Part shown: one piece after another, positions 50,200 to 61,530 of the stretch | How the letters are laid out: every line of letters begins with the position of its first letter | Numbering within the stretch: the first letter of the stretch is position 1 | Notes under the pieces: generated by a model | Told to the model about the DNA's origin: nothing | Databases searched by the model: none | What the model saw: only the letters and a program-made list of their open reading frames with translations | From: Lama glama | Lineage: Eukaryota | DNA: 64,000 bases | Reading direction: 5' to 3' | NCBI GenBank assembly: GCA_028534125.1 | Contig: CM052816.1 | Span: forward strand, 18,106,001-18,170,000 | Translations under genes and position numbers: made by a program

Positions 50200-51595
50200 C
50201 CTACAAGATCCTCATATGTTTCAAAATTAAGAGGCGTGGTTCTATATAAACCCTTGGTCAATAAGAAAATTATAGTAGAAATTTGAAAATATTTGAAAAA
50301 ATAATGAAAAAGATAGACATCAGTATTGTAACATGAAGCTAAAGGGGTGCTTAGAGACACATTAAAAGCCTGAGATACATATAAGCTAAAAAAAGAAGAA
50401 AGGTTATAAAATCAGCGATCTAGGCACTAAGAAAGATCATTCTCAAAAAGTCGGAAAAATAAAAGTAAACTGAATCCTAAGTAAAAGGAAGTAAACAATA
50501 AAGGTATGAGTAGAAATCAATAAAATAAAGAGAAAAAGTTGGTCTTATAAGTGCAATAAATTAGACAAACTGTGACAAAACAGATAAAGTGAAAAAATGG
50601 AGAACAGCCACAAATAACCAACAGCAGGAATGAAAACAAGACCACAAGATGAGAATATTATACACTAGTGTATGTAAATGCATTTGAAGGTTTAAATGAA
50701 ATAGTCAAATTCCTAGAAAATCAAAAATTTCAAAACTGATAGAAGAAGAAATAGAAAGAAGAAATAGAAATGTGAATGTTCCTCTATTAATGAAATTTAA
50801 TCCATATTTTAAATCTTGTCCCCAACCCCACCACCAACTGTGGACTTAGGTATCTCCTCCTTTAAATTTTATTAAACACTTAAGGAAGGAATTAAATGAT
50901 TTTTAGAATAACTTTTGCTGATAAAAAAAAGAAAGAAACACTTTCCACCTCACTTAATGAGGCTGCAATAACTCATGAGCTGCAAAAATTCTAAAAGAAA
51001 TGTATTGGTCAATCAAATACAGCAGTACAAAAAAAGGATGATACATCTTGATCACATTTATTCCAGGAATACAAGGTTGGTTGTGCATTTGGAATTGATC
51101 AATATATTTTACCACCTTCACAAAATAAAAAAAGAAAAATCATATGATCATTTTTATAGATAAAGTAAAAGATTTGTTAAATCCAACATCTATTCATAAT
51201 AAAAACTCTTAGCAAAGTAGAAATAGCAGGGAACATTCTAAGTATCACACAGGTAATTTATACACCTAATGATAAAATGATGAAAGCTTTCCCTCTAAGA
51301 CTGAGAGTGGGACAGTGATACTTGCTATAACTACACTGATTTCACATTATACTGAAAGTCCACGTAATAAGGCAGAAAAAAAGACAAATGTTTAAGAATT
51401 GGAAAGGAAGGAGTAAAATAGTCATTTTCACAAGAGAGATGATTTTTTACATAGAAATTTCAGAAAAATCCAAAGAAAGTTTTTAGGATTAATAAGTGAA
51501 TTACTAGGGTTGTTAGATACAAGGTCAATATGTAAAAATCAATTGTATTTTTAAATACCAGCAAAAATAGCTTAAACATACAATTTAATAAGATG
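50200..51595 (+). mobile_element. Old L1M ORF2 fragments (endonuclease-RT linker and RT region, multiply deleted)
   Basis: 'gtagaaatcaataaaataaag', 'tcaaattcctagaaaa', 'aaaatcatatgatcattt', 'atccaacatctattcataataaaaactcttagcaaa' and 'agatacaaggtcaatatgtaaaaatcaattgtattt'. Confidence 0.85.
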
Positions 51596-51609
51596 CCGCT
51601 TATGGATCT

Positions 51610-52105
51610 TACTGCTTAATTTCTGGCCCCTCCTCCTCTGATGGTGGGCGAGGCTTAGTGATTCATATCTAAAGAACAGAGGGAAATGGGAAAACAGTAA
51701 CTTTGCAGTGGAGACACCTGGCTAATACCACTTTAACCAAGTGATGAAGGTTCACTTCACCAAGGTTGTCATGTGGATGTCATGTGTCCCCTGGTATAAT
51801 ATGACTTAACCTCTGTGTATTCTTTCAAAAAAACCTCATAACTGCAGTCTAACAAGGGAAAAACATCAGAAAAACTCAGACTGAGGGACTTTATGGGGTA
51901 CCTAGCTAGTAACCCTCAATCTTGTGAAGGTCATGAAAAACAAGGAAAGACTAAGAAACTGACACAGACCCCAGGAAAAGAAGGAGGCATAACAACCTGA
52001 GGGCAGTGTGGTCCCTTGGATTTCTCTATAATAGGAAGAGGACATTACTGAAAATACTAATGAAATCCAAATAAAGTCTGGAGTTCAGTTAACAGTAACA
52101 CAAGC
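51610..52105 (+). mobile_element. L1MC/L1MD-type 3' UTR fragment
   Basis: 'taactttgcagtggagacacctggc', 'ttaaccaagtgatgaaggtt', 'aaggtcatgaaaaacaaggaaagact' and 'tgaaatccaaataaagtctggagttcagttaa'. Confidence 0.85.
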
Positions 52106-52139
52106 AAAGCCTGCACTCCTAGTCAGTCTCGACAAAAGG

Positions 52140-52560
52140 GAAGATGGTATTCATCAAGGCCAACCTCTACCTAAAGTTTAATACCTTGACATCATCATTA
52201 CGAGGTGACCTGCCTTCTTACAATGACAAGGTTATTGCCTATAAGGGGCTGGTCATTAGGAACTTCTTCCCTGTATTTTCTTAAATACCTTGGGTTCTTA
52301 TTCTGCCCTCTGGGCACCAATGGGCATGTAGGGCTTGGTGCTGAAAAGCTAACACCAATTTCCTGCCATCTCCTGGATATGTATCTTTCCCAAGACTGCC
52401 TCTGAATCTTCCTCACAATTATTCCCACTGCCTTAGGATCTTGGAATGTATAATGGGCCAGAACGAATATAGGTTGCAGCTTTTACTAGGACAGTTGCCA
52501 GAGTCACTCAAGTGATTCACGGCCTATGGAAGAATGCATATGTAATTTGGGCTGCCTTCT
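52140..52560 (-). mobile_element. Possible MaLR internal (MLT1-int-like) fragment
   Basis: The reverse complement contains 'gggaaagatacatatccaggag', similar to 'ggaaagatatatctaggaag' in the putative MLT1-int near 14077. Confidence 0.35.
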
Positions 52561-52934
52561 CTTTATCCTGAAAGCTTGTACACATCTTGTGTTGCTGTCA
52601 AACAGGAAATACTGACTCATTTTTAATAGGTGGACTGAACAAAACATAATTTGGAAGGGAAGTCAGATTTTAAGATTATTGATACCTCGATTTTAATCAG
52701 TAAGTTTTCCCTACCTCTAATGTCCTAAAAGGAATTTTTAGAAGTAATTGTAGTACATGTTTTAAGAAGAAATGATTTGGTGATAAGATGCTAAAATTAA
52801 CATATATCATGAGCAGTGGTCTTGGTATTAACATAGGTCTTGAGTATGAATATACAGTATCTTGAAATAACAAAAAAAAACTATATTGAAATAAGTATCC
52901 TATGGGGGGCATGCCCATTCTGTGTGAGCTTGAA

Positions 52935-53630
52935 ATTATCTGAGAAGCAACAGAAAAAGGTCCTTTGAGATAACCCAATCTAACCATCTTCTATAGAATG
53001 GAAAACTAGAATTTGGAAAATGGAAGAGATCTGTTTAAGTTCACACAGTGAGTTACTAATACATTGGGATTAGAACACATTTCCTGCTATTCCCAGTCCA
53101 AGGGCCTTCTGAGTGGCTTCTAGATACAGTAGAAAGTACCAGCTTCTAATTATCTATAAATAATTGGTCACTGCCAGGAATAGCAAAGGGAATAGTCTCT
53201 CCTATCCTAACCCTCTTCCTTTACCTTTTGGGATTACTCCCTTTTTGACCACGGATTTTTTTCTAAGTCTCATAAATCAGACAAAACTAAAAAATAAAAC
53301 AAAAACTAATAAACAGAACTTTAAGAATTATTATAGTAGCTACCATTTAAGGACTGTCTCCTGTGTGCCATTTGGTACACAATTATACATAATCCTCCCC
53401 ACAAATCTTGGAGTAGATATTATTTCAACCATTCTGTATGGACGCCTGTTGTATTAAGACCACAGATGTCCAGAGTCTGATAATTCTATGTTTGAATACG
53501 TGCTTACACAACTTGCCAACTTCAGCCTCAGTCTTCTCATCTCTGCAATGGAGGGGACATTCTATGATATGTACAAAGTAGGCAGCACAACTCCTGACAC
53601 AGAGTATCTAATGATTGGCAATAATTATTT
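52935..53630. mobile_element. Cluster of MIR/MIR3 fragments (- 52935-53120, - 53330-53440, + 53460-53630)
   Basis: 'ggtcctttgagataacccaatctaacc', 'taccatttaaggactgtctcctgtgtgcca' and 'agcctcagtcttctcatctctgcaatgga'. Confidence 0.7.
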
Positions 53631-54164
53631 ATGTGGTTATAAAGAAATGGAAATTCCAGAAAAAAAGTCTAACTAGGTTAAATACCCTCATGGTATCCTC
53701 AAGGACCCAAAATGGTTGCTGCATCGTCACCGTGTTCAAAAAAGGCAAAAAGAGGAAGGAGCAAAGGGGAAGAATAAAAGATGTCTTTTAGATGGCTTCT
53801 TAATATCCGATCTCAAATACACTGCCTGTCAATACACTGCACATCATACCAGGTACTGAGACATTCCTAGTCACCAAAGCAAAAGCTGGGGCACCGAGCA
53901 GAACATCACTGCCAGTCACACAACTGGTCACTGGCTCTCACTGTGCACTGCAGGCCCACGTCTTGCTCCAAGCAAGCATTTTCAAATCCTTTTTCCTATT
54001 CCCTACCATTGCCCCTGCCCCAGCTCTCTGATAGGACTAATCTAGTTAATGAACTCACCCTATGGTGTTAACAGCTGATTGTGGCTCACCAGGACCAGAG
54101 GAGGCAAAATGCCATTTTAAATCACCCTACCAAGTGCCTGCCACTGCACCACTGCCACCTGCCC

Positions 54165-54300
54165 GCCTAATCCTCACCTGAGGTGAGTGGTTAATACCCC
54201 CACCTCACAGATGAGGCCTAGAGATGGTAACTAGGGTCACAAAGCTTCAGTGTGGTGTCAGGATACAAATACAGGTCCATCTGATTCCCAGTTCATGGAA
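54165..54300 (-). mobile_element. MIR fragment
   Basis: 'taatcctcac...cacagatgaggcctagagatggtaac...ggatacaaatacaggtccatctgattcc'. Confidence 0.7.
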
Positions 54301-55014
54301 TAATTGCAGTTTAGTTTTAGGAAACACTTGTATTTTATTAAGCCCTCCCAATGGTAGACATAGAGTAGAATTCTGATTCCCTCTCAGGTTTGAAGTATGA
54401 AACATTTTGTGCCCAAGGCCATTTTCTTGTGCCCCAAGGTCATCCTTCGCCTGCTCGCTGCTCTACTGTGATATTTAGCAGCAATGGATGAGACTCAGTT
54501 ATTCTGGAGAGTGACAGTGAGGTTTGCTGCTCGGTGTCTCTTTTCTCTCTCTTCTTACCTGCTAGTGCGGACCAGGGAATGCCCAGGACATCTTTACCAG
54601 CTGTCATGCAGCCTCATTGTCACTTCTGAATTCTAAACAGGGTGTTTGCTCCCACCACACAGGCACAGATGCCTTGAGCTGGCTCCAGGAGAACACTGTC
54701 AAGTCTCCACACTGTGATGCCCGCTGTATAACTCACCCGAATTCATTGCCCATTGAAAAGGATCTTTTTCACTCCTCTACAAAAAGACAGAGTGAAAACT
54801 AGTTTGCTAACAAAGAGACATGAAGAAATGTACCAAAAAGGAGTTCAAAGAGAGAGAAGGAATCAATAGCACTGAGGTAAAACAGGATGAATGTGACACC
54901 TGGAAACATTTTTCACCAGAAGTATTGTCACTGTAGTCTGAAGAATAACCAAATGAAAGATTCCTGCCTGGGGCTGCCAAAAACAACTAATTACACAGAA
55001 ATATTAGCTTAGTT

Positions 55015-55260
55015 CAGTCTCGGAAACGTGTTCAGCAGAATGCTAACATTTAAAAAGATGATTAAAAGGTCTTCTGCCGGGAAAAAAAGACGACAGTCAA
55101 AAACAATTTGGAAAAACCTAGGTTAAATAAACAAAAGTAAATGGATTTCTTTACTTCCTTATCAAGGATTTCTCTGTCTTTAATATGTTAATGAACATTA
55201 TGAATTTCCAAGAGGGGAACCACAGTATGCAGAATTTTCCAGACTTGACAACCTTCCATG
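55015..55260. mobile_element. MER103C-like hAT-Charlie element
   Basis: 'tttggaaaaacctaggttaaa...atttctttact...ctttaatatgttaatgaacattatgaatttccaagagggg...agtatgcag'. Confidence 0.75.
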
Positions 55261-55261
55261 A

Positions 55262-55495
55262 CCTTTACAAAGCAGGCCCTACTTACTTCTTTCTATCATC
55301 AAACCATGTTTACTTCTTCCCCAGATTGTTTCACAGTTTGTACTGTTAGATTGATTTCTTGGTATACTTGTTTGGGTCTTCCTCACTGACTCTAAGACAA
55401 GGAGGCTGGGACCAGGCCAGTTCATCTACCACAGTATCCCTGCCATCTAGGGCTGGGTCTGACACACAGACCTTGCTGCATAAATGCTTGCTTAT
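55262..55495 (+). mobile_element. L2 3' end
   Basis: 'ttcatctaccacagtatccctgccatctagggctgggtctgacacacagac...ataaatgcttg'. Confidence 0.7.
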
Positions 55496-55517
55496 AGCTT
55501 TTTTCCTTTTTCTGTTT

Positions 55518-55732
55518 ATCATTTATTGAGTGCTAGATACTTTGTTTTACATGGACTGCCTTATTTAATTTTCATATCAACCCTACAGTATAGGTACTAT
55601 TACTATCTATCCCCTTTTTACAGATAAGAGGACCAAGGCTCCAAGTAACTTGCTCAAGATCACACAGGTAGTAAGTAGTGGAGACAGGATTTGAACCCAG
55701 GCATTCTGAGACCAGAGCCAGTGTTATTATGT
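55518..55732 (-). mobile_element. MIR
   Basis: 'ttttacagataagaggaccaaggctc...gtaacttgctcaagatcacacaggtagtaagtagtggagacaggatttgaacccaggca'. Confidence 0.92.
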
Positions 55733-55834
55733 TAAAGAAACTGATCAGGTCTCTGTGCCATTCCAGGAGGGAGACATAAGTGAATGATTACAGTAAGTCT
55801 TGCCTCAGATGCCAGCCATGATCTTTCGAATTAA

Positions 55835-56345
55835 GAAAAGTTGTGGTATATTTATACAGTAGAATACTACTCAGCCATAAAAAATAATAAAATAATGCCA
55901 TTTTCAGCAACATGGATGGACCTGGAGATTGTTATTCTAAGTGAAGTAAGCCAGAAAGAGAAAGAAAAATACCACGTGGTATCACTCTTTTGTGGAATCT
56001 AAAGAAAAAAGAAGACACTAATGAACTTATCTACAAAGCAGAAACAGACTCCCAGACATAGTAAACAATCTCATGGTTACTGGGGGAAAAGGGGTGGGAA
56101 AGGATAAATTGGGAGTTTAAGATTTGCAAATATTAACTGCTATATATAAAAATAGATAAAAAGCAAATTTCTTCTGTGGAAGACAGGGAACTATATTCAA
56201 TTTCTTACAGTATTCTTTAACGAAAAAGAACATGAAAATGGGTATATGGATGTATATGTATGACTGAAACATTCCTCTATATATCAGAAAATAGACACAT
56301 TGTAACTGACTATGTTTCAATTTTAAAAAAAAGAAAAACAAAGAG
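55835..56345 (+). mobile_element. Young LINE-1 3' end (cetartiodactyl/camelid type)
   Basis: Closely similar to 16370-16860 ('ttctaagtgaagtaagccagaaagagaaagaaaaatacca', 'gacacattgtaactgactat'), followed by an A-rich tail. No convincing TSD. Confidence 0.93.
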
Positions 56346-56436
56346 GAAAAAAGAGGAAATGATCTGGTAAATTGGTAAGTTTCTATTGATCCCTTATTCT
56401 GTGGCAGACCTTGCTTTAGAGCAGGGGGGTCAACCA

Positions 56437-57601
56437 TTTTTTTACTGAAGTATAGTCATAGTCAGTTTACAACATTATGCTCACTTAGAAAGATCTCCAG
56501 GTCCATCCATGTTGCTGCAAATGGCATTATTTTATTCTTTTTTATGACTGAGTAGTATTCCATTGTATAAATACACCACAGCTTCTTTAACCCAGTCATC
56601 TATTGATAGACATTTAGGTTGTTTCCAAGTCTTGGCTATTGTAAATAGTGCTGCTGTGCACACTGGGGTATTTTTGTGCATTATACTTCCCTCTGGATAT
56701 ATGCCCAGGAGTGAGATTGCTGGATCATATGACAACTCTATTTTTAGCTTTTTAAGGAATCTCTGTACTGTCCTCCATAGTGGCTAGACCAATTTACATT
56801 CCCATCAACAGTGTAGAAGGGTTCCCTTTTCTCACACCCTCTCCAGCATTTATCATTTGTAGATTTTTTTAATAATGGCCATTCTGACTGGTATGAGGTA
56901 ATACCTCACTGTACTTCTGAATTGCTTTCTCTAATAATTAGTGATGTTGAGCAATTTTTCATGTACCTGTTGGCCATCTGGATGTCTTCTTTGGAGAAAT
57001 GTCTAAATAGGTCTTCTGCCCATTTTTTGATTGGGTCGCTTTTTTTTTTTTAAATATTAAGCTATATGAGCTGTTCGTATATTTTGGAAATTAGTCCCTT
57101 GTCAGTCACATCATTTGCAAATATTTTCTACCATTCTGTAGGTTGTCTTTTCATTTTGTTGATGATATCCTTAGCTGTGCGAAAGCTTTTAAGTTTAATT
57201 AGGTCCCATTTGTTTATTTTTGCTCTTATTTCCATTACTCTAGGAATTCATTAAAAAAAAATCACTGTGTTTAATGTCAAAGAGTGTTCTGCTTGTTTTC
57301 CTCTAGGGGTTTTAGAGTATACAGTCTACATTTAGGTCTTTAATCCATTTTGAGTTTATTTTTGTACACAGTGTTAGACAATGTTCTAATTTCAGTCTTT
57401 TACAGGTAACTGTCCAGTTTTCCCAGCATCACTTACTGAAGAGACTCTCTTCTCCACTGTATATTCTTACCCCTTTGTCATAGATTAATTGACCATAAGT
57501 GAGTGGGTTTATTTCTGGACTTTCTATCCTGCTCCACTGATCTATGTGTTTTTGTGCCAGTAACTCCATACTGTTTTGATTACTGTAGCTTTGTAGTATA
57601 G
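56437..57601 (-). mobile_element. Young 5'-truncated LINE-1 with most of its 3' UTR deleted, inserted in a MIR
   Basis: ORF 56532-56735 (-) gives L1 ORF2 C-terminal peptide (YDPAISLLGIYP...AALFTIAKTWKQPKC). Flanking direct repeats gcagaccttgcttta (56404-56418) / gcagaccttgtttta (57603-57617). Confidence 0.95.
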
Positions 57602-57602
57602 C

Positions 57603-57790
57603 GCAGACCTTGTTTTACATGTGTTCATTCATTTAATCCTCTCTGGTGCACTTGAAGCAGCAGAAATATCATCTCCTTCCACAGAGAACCAAACCAAGGC
57701 TCAGAGAAGCTAAGGAACCTATCCAGGGTCAGTGGGCCAGGGAACAACAGAATAGAGGTTTGTCTGATTCCATAGCTCCTGGTTTAGGTG
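57603..57790 (-). mobile_element. MIR (host of the L1; upstream piece at ~56380-56418)
   Basis: 'ttttacatgtgttcattcatttaatcctc...ccaaggctcagagaagctaaggaacctatccagggtca'. Confidence 0.8.
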
Positions 57791-58004
57791 GCCTAGCTGG
57801 AGTCTGGAGGACCACAGAGGATTGTAGGGAATTCTTGGAGCAAAAGCTGTACTTCCAGATTCCTCCCTCTCTGTTGCCTGCCATGGCCCCATTCCAGTAA
57901 GTCCATGTGGCATTGACACTTCAGCCCTGATGTTGCCCAGATTCTGACCAATTCCTCCCCCTCACTTTGGTACCAGGCTCACCTTTCTGATCTGGCTAAT
58001 CCTG

Positions 58005-58215
58005 TGGACTCTGGAGCCTGCATTCACACACATTTCCACCACTACTCAGTCACTCTCTGTCCTTAAGCAATTCCATCTCTTTGAGCCTCACATATAATAG
58101 GTCTGACTTCTCTAGATTTGGGGGATGATTAATTGAAATGACACATGTAACGTACTTTAGCTCATTGCCTACTACATCTTGGATATGTATTAAGTAGTTG
58201 TTATTAATAAAATAG
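58005..58215 (+). mobile_element. MIR
   Basis: 'gtggactctggagcc...tgtccttaagcaattccatctctttgagcctca...acatgtaacgtactttagc'. Confidence 0.75.
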
Positions 58216-59659
58216 TTAATAATCCCTCATGATCTGGACTGGTGACCCTAGGGAGACTACGGAACCTCAATACCTCAGACCCTCAGCTAGAAACACAGGA
58301 TACACAGGTAACACAGCTCTTGGCACACAGAAGGGGCTCAGTAAATGTTTGTTGAGTTGCCTGGGCTTCTTTTCCAGTACAAGCAGAATGGAAAGGTAGG
58401 AGGGGGTGGACATGACCGTGGCATGCCCAGAGCAGCCGCACAGCAGGACAGTGACTTCTCTTTCTTCGTTCTGTAGATCTCACAGGCTCTGGTGGCTCTG
58501 AGAGGCCGCCTCTGGAGTCCTTTTCCAGGAAAGCTCGGCTGTCTCCAGGAGACAGGTGTTTATTTCACTCTTTCAAGGGGGATGCACAAGGTCGAAGGCT
58601 TCTCAGGCAGTGGATTGGATTAGCTCATTTAGTTTTGCCACGTTTGTGGTCTCTGTCTGTGAGGACAGACAACCGTCTGTTGTTGTGAAGGAACCGTCTG
58701 TTAAGTAGGAAATTCAAGACCTCATTTTTCACACAAATGCTGCACCTGTGGCTGGAGTGATTCTGTCTGCTTATCCAAAGATGGACTCATAAGTCATCCA
58801 TGTCCTCAGCACTTACCATGTGCCTGGCTGCCTGCTAAGCCGTCTCTGCTCTTTTTGCTTATTTGACACATGCTGAGGTGACTGTGAACTGCTACTTGAC
58901 ACTAAGCCCCTGGCCTTGGACATGGCAAGTGCACACTGAATCATGGAACGACGACTTCAGATGCATATTCTACACCTGCACCTGCAGCCTGCCTGCACCA
59001 ATACATCCTCAGCACATACAGAATGTAGCGGTCCATGTTTTAACGTTGTGTTTTCGAACATATCTCAATTCATTATTTCCAAACTCAGTTTCTTTTTATA
59101 AGTCTTCCTATCTTGCACTTCTTTTCTATTGTCTTTGAGGTAACTGAGGTCCATGTGGTCCCAAAGAACCAGGGTAAATGGTACTGGTAACTGAACAAAG
59201 CAAGGCACACAGGGCTTCTCCATTTCAGGTTTGCAAACTCAATGCAACGGTAATCAGAAGAGCTTGACTTTGGCACAGCTACTAGCTCAGGGAAGAAGTC
59301 TGTTTTCACCTTCGTCCAAACATTCGACTTTTACAATAAAACGGGCCTGAACACATCAGTATTGCCCATGCTCACAATGGGATGAATGCCCCCCACACGG
59401 TACCCAAGTGATAGGCTGTGCAACGTTTCTCATTGGTTCGCACAACACACACTATGCTCAGAGATGAAAGCGGGCGGCCCAGACACATCCTGCCCGTTGT
59501 TCAAGTGCCCAAACCCAAAACCCTGCATGAAAACTTCTCTTGGAAATGTCAAGCCAGGAAGGGCTTGAGGAGAAACCCTGAGCCACCTGCAGGTAGGCCT
59601 ACTCTGCGTCCACACCTCTGATTTCCTCTTTAGGAATTAGTGTTTTGCCTTTAAGAAAA

Positions 59660-59910
59660 GGAAAGTAAGCACAGGCCTGGGGTAAACCCCGGCTGTACCA
59701 CTTACTGGCTGTGTGTCCCTAGGAAAGTAGCCTAGCCTCTCTAAGCCTCTGGATTCAAATGCAGATGAAGATGATAATAATAACTAACTACCCTGTAGGG
59801 TTGTTGTCCAGGTTGAATTTGATAATGTATAAAAAGTACCCTATCTGCCAATGCCCCATACATGGAAGCTGTTATATGTGAAGATACTAAGGTCACTGAC
59901 TCACAGTGAG
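59660..59910 (+). mobile_element. MIR
   Basis: 'cctggggtaaaccccggctgtaccacttactggctgtgtgtccctaggaaagtagcctagcctctctaagcctc'. Confidence 0.85.
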
Positions 59911-60819
59911 GGCTATTCATTGCTGCCATCTCTCCTTACTTCTCCAAAGGAAATTTTATTTCTGCAAGCTCACAATCTCCCTTTGACATGCTAAGAAAAA
60001 GAGTAATGCCTGTGCTGCAAAAAGGCTCCATGAAGGAGAGTGAAGTCACTTGAGTAATGGTGAAAGACGACTTGCGAAGCCCTGAGCAAAGCTGGGTCCT
60101 TCAACAAGTCTGGCCTGATTTAGAAGCTGCTCCTAAGTGGATCTGTGATTTGGCAGGTGCGGGTGGGCAGCTGAGGCAGGGAGTGGGTAGAGGGCTGCCC
60201 AGAACACGAAAACCTCCCAGTCTGGCTTACCTGTCAATGATGCTTCCTCATCACTTTAATGATGCCCTTGGGGCATATGCTGGTTCTGAACCTGGCTGAG
60301 AGGGACACAGGAGTTTCTCCCACATTCTTAATGAAAAAGGTGCCTTTTCTGTTTTGAAAAAATCTTCAAGGAGATTTTAGGGGCTCAGATCAGCAAGATT
60401 CCCTCTTTCCTTTTCAACTGATGTACATCACCTTCCCTGGGGTGTATCTGTATGTGTGTTTTGTTTGGTTGTTTTTTGGTTTTGGGGTTTTTTTTGGCTG
60501 TGATCTCCTTAGTCTATTTGTCTTGCTGGATGAAAGACTAGGAGGAAATATTTGGAGAAAGATTTTTTTTTACTTAAAAATGGTATAAATTATTTGGATA
60601 ATAGCACTTTTTATATGTTACAAAACTAAAGAAATAACTTCTTTACACACATACACATGTATATTTATACACACATATATGTATATATACTAACACAATG
60701 TTTCAACTTTACAAGCAGAGTGTATTTATTTGCCTGTCATGTTTATCCAATGGGAGCTAAGAAACAGTGGCAAACTAGATCAGGAAGAAAGCAGAAAGGG
60801 AAAATAAAATTCTCTGAAT

Positions 60820-61530
60820 CCCTATTCTGTGCTAGGAATAGGCCAATGGTTTTCATAAATTATTATCACCCCCACTAAGAACCTCATAAAATAAACATAA
60901 TTTTATCCCCACTTAAAAAATGTAGAGGTTGAGAAGTCCTAAAATTATGTAGTTTTCAAGCAGTAGAGCATGGATTTCTATCTTGACCATTAGTCTGTCT
61001 CTAGACCCCAAGAGAAATGGTAGAAGAAATTCTGCATTTCTTTAGTAAAAAAAATTAAATACTAGCATTCAAATAAACAATGTCTTAACTGTGTTGATTT
61101 TGACTACTTCCAACTTTGACATTTCAGAACTTGTTTATAATGATTGTACTCTGTTGAGGTAAGAAGAAAGTTAACTGGGATGAATAAAAGTTAATTTAAA
61201 AATACATTTTAAAATTATTATTATATTTACTATTACTAATAGCTACTCAATTGTTATCTACCCAGTTGTACAGAAACTAAACAGAGGAAGAAATGTGTAG
61301 TAGATAAGATTTTAAAACTGAATGAATCTGAGTTCAAATCTCTGTTAGTTTACTAATTAGCTATAAAATCTTAAGGCAAATAACTTAGTTTTCTGCTCTT
61401 AAATTTGCTTATCCATTGACAAAAATGATTATCACCCTTAAAGGGTTCTTATAAGTATAAAATACATTTAAAGTATGTAAACCACTTAGAACCAAGAATA
61501 TATATCACATTCACAAGGTATACTCTAGGA
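60820..61530. mobile_element. MIR fragments (- 60820-61000; + 61305-61530)
   Basis: 'cctattctgtgctagg...ttatccccactt' and 'ctgagttcaaatctctg...actaattagctataaaatcttaaggcaaataactta'. Confidence 0.65.

Noticed and set aside
55815..56375. 'atgatct....aatt' on both sides of the + L1 as a TSD
   Set aside because: The match is short, interrupted and not flush with the element ends.
56470..56490. Splicing as the cause of the L1 3' UTR deletion
   Set aside because: A donor-like 'aa|gtaagc' exists in the intact copies, but no AG acceptor sits at the downstream breakpoint. Microhomology fits better.
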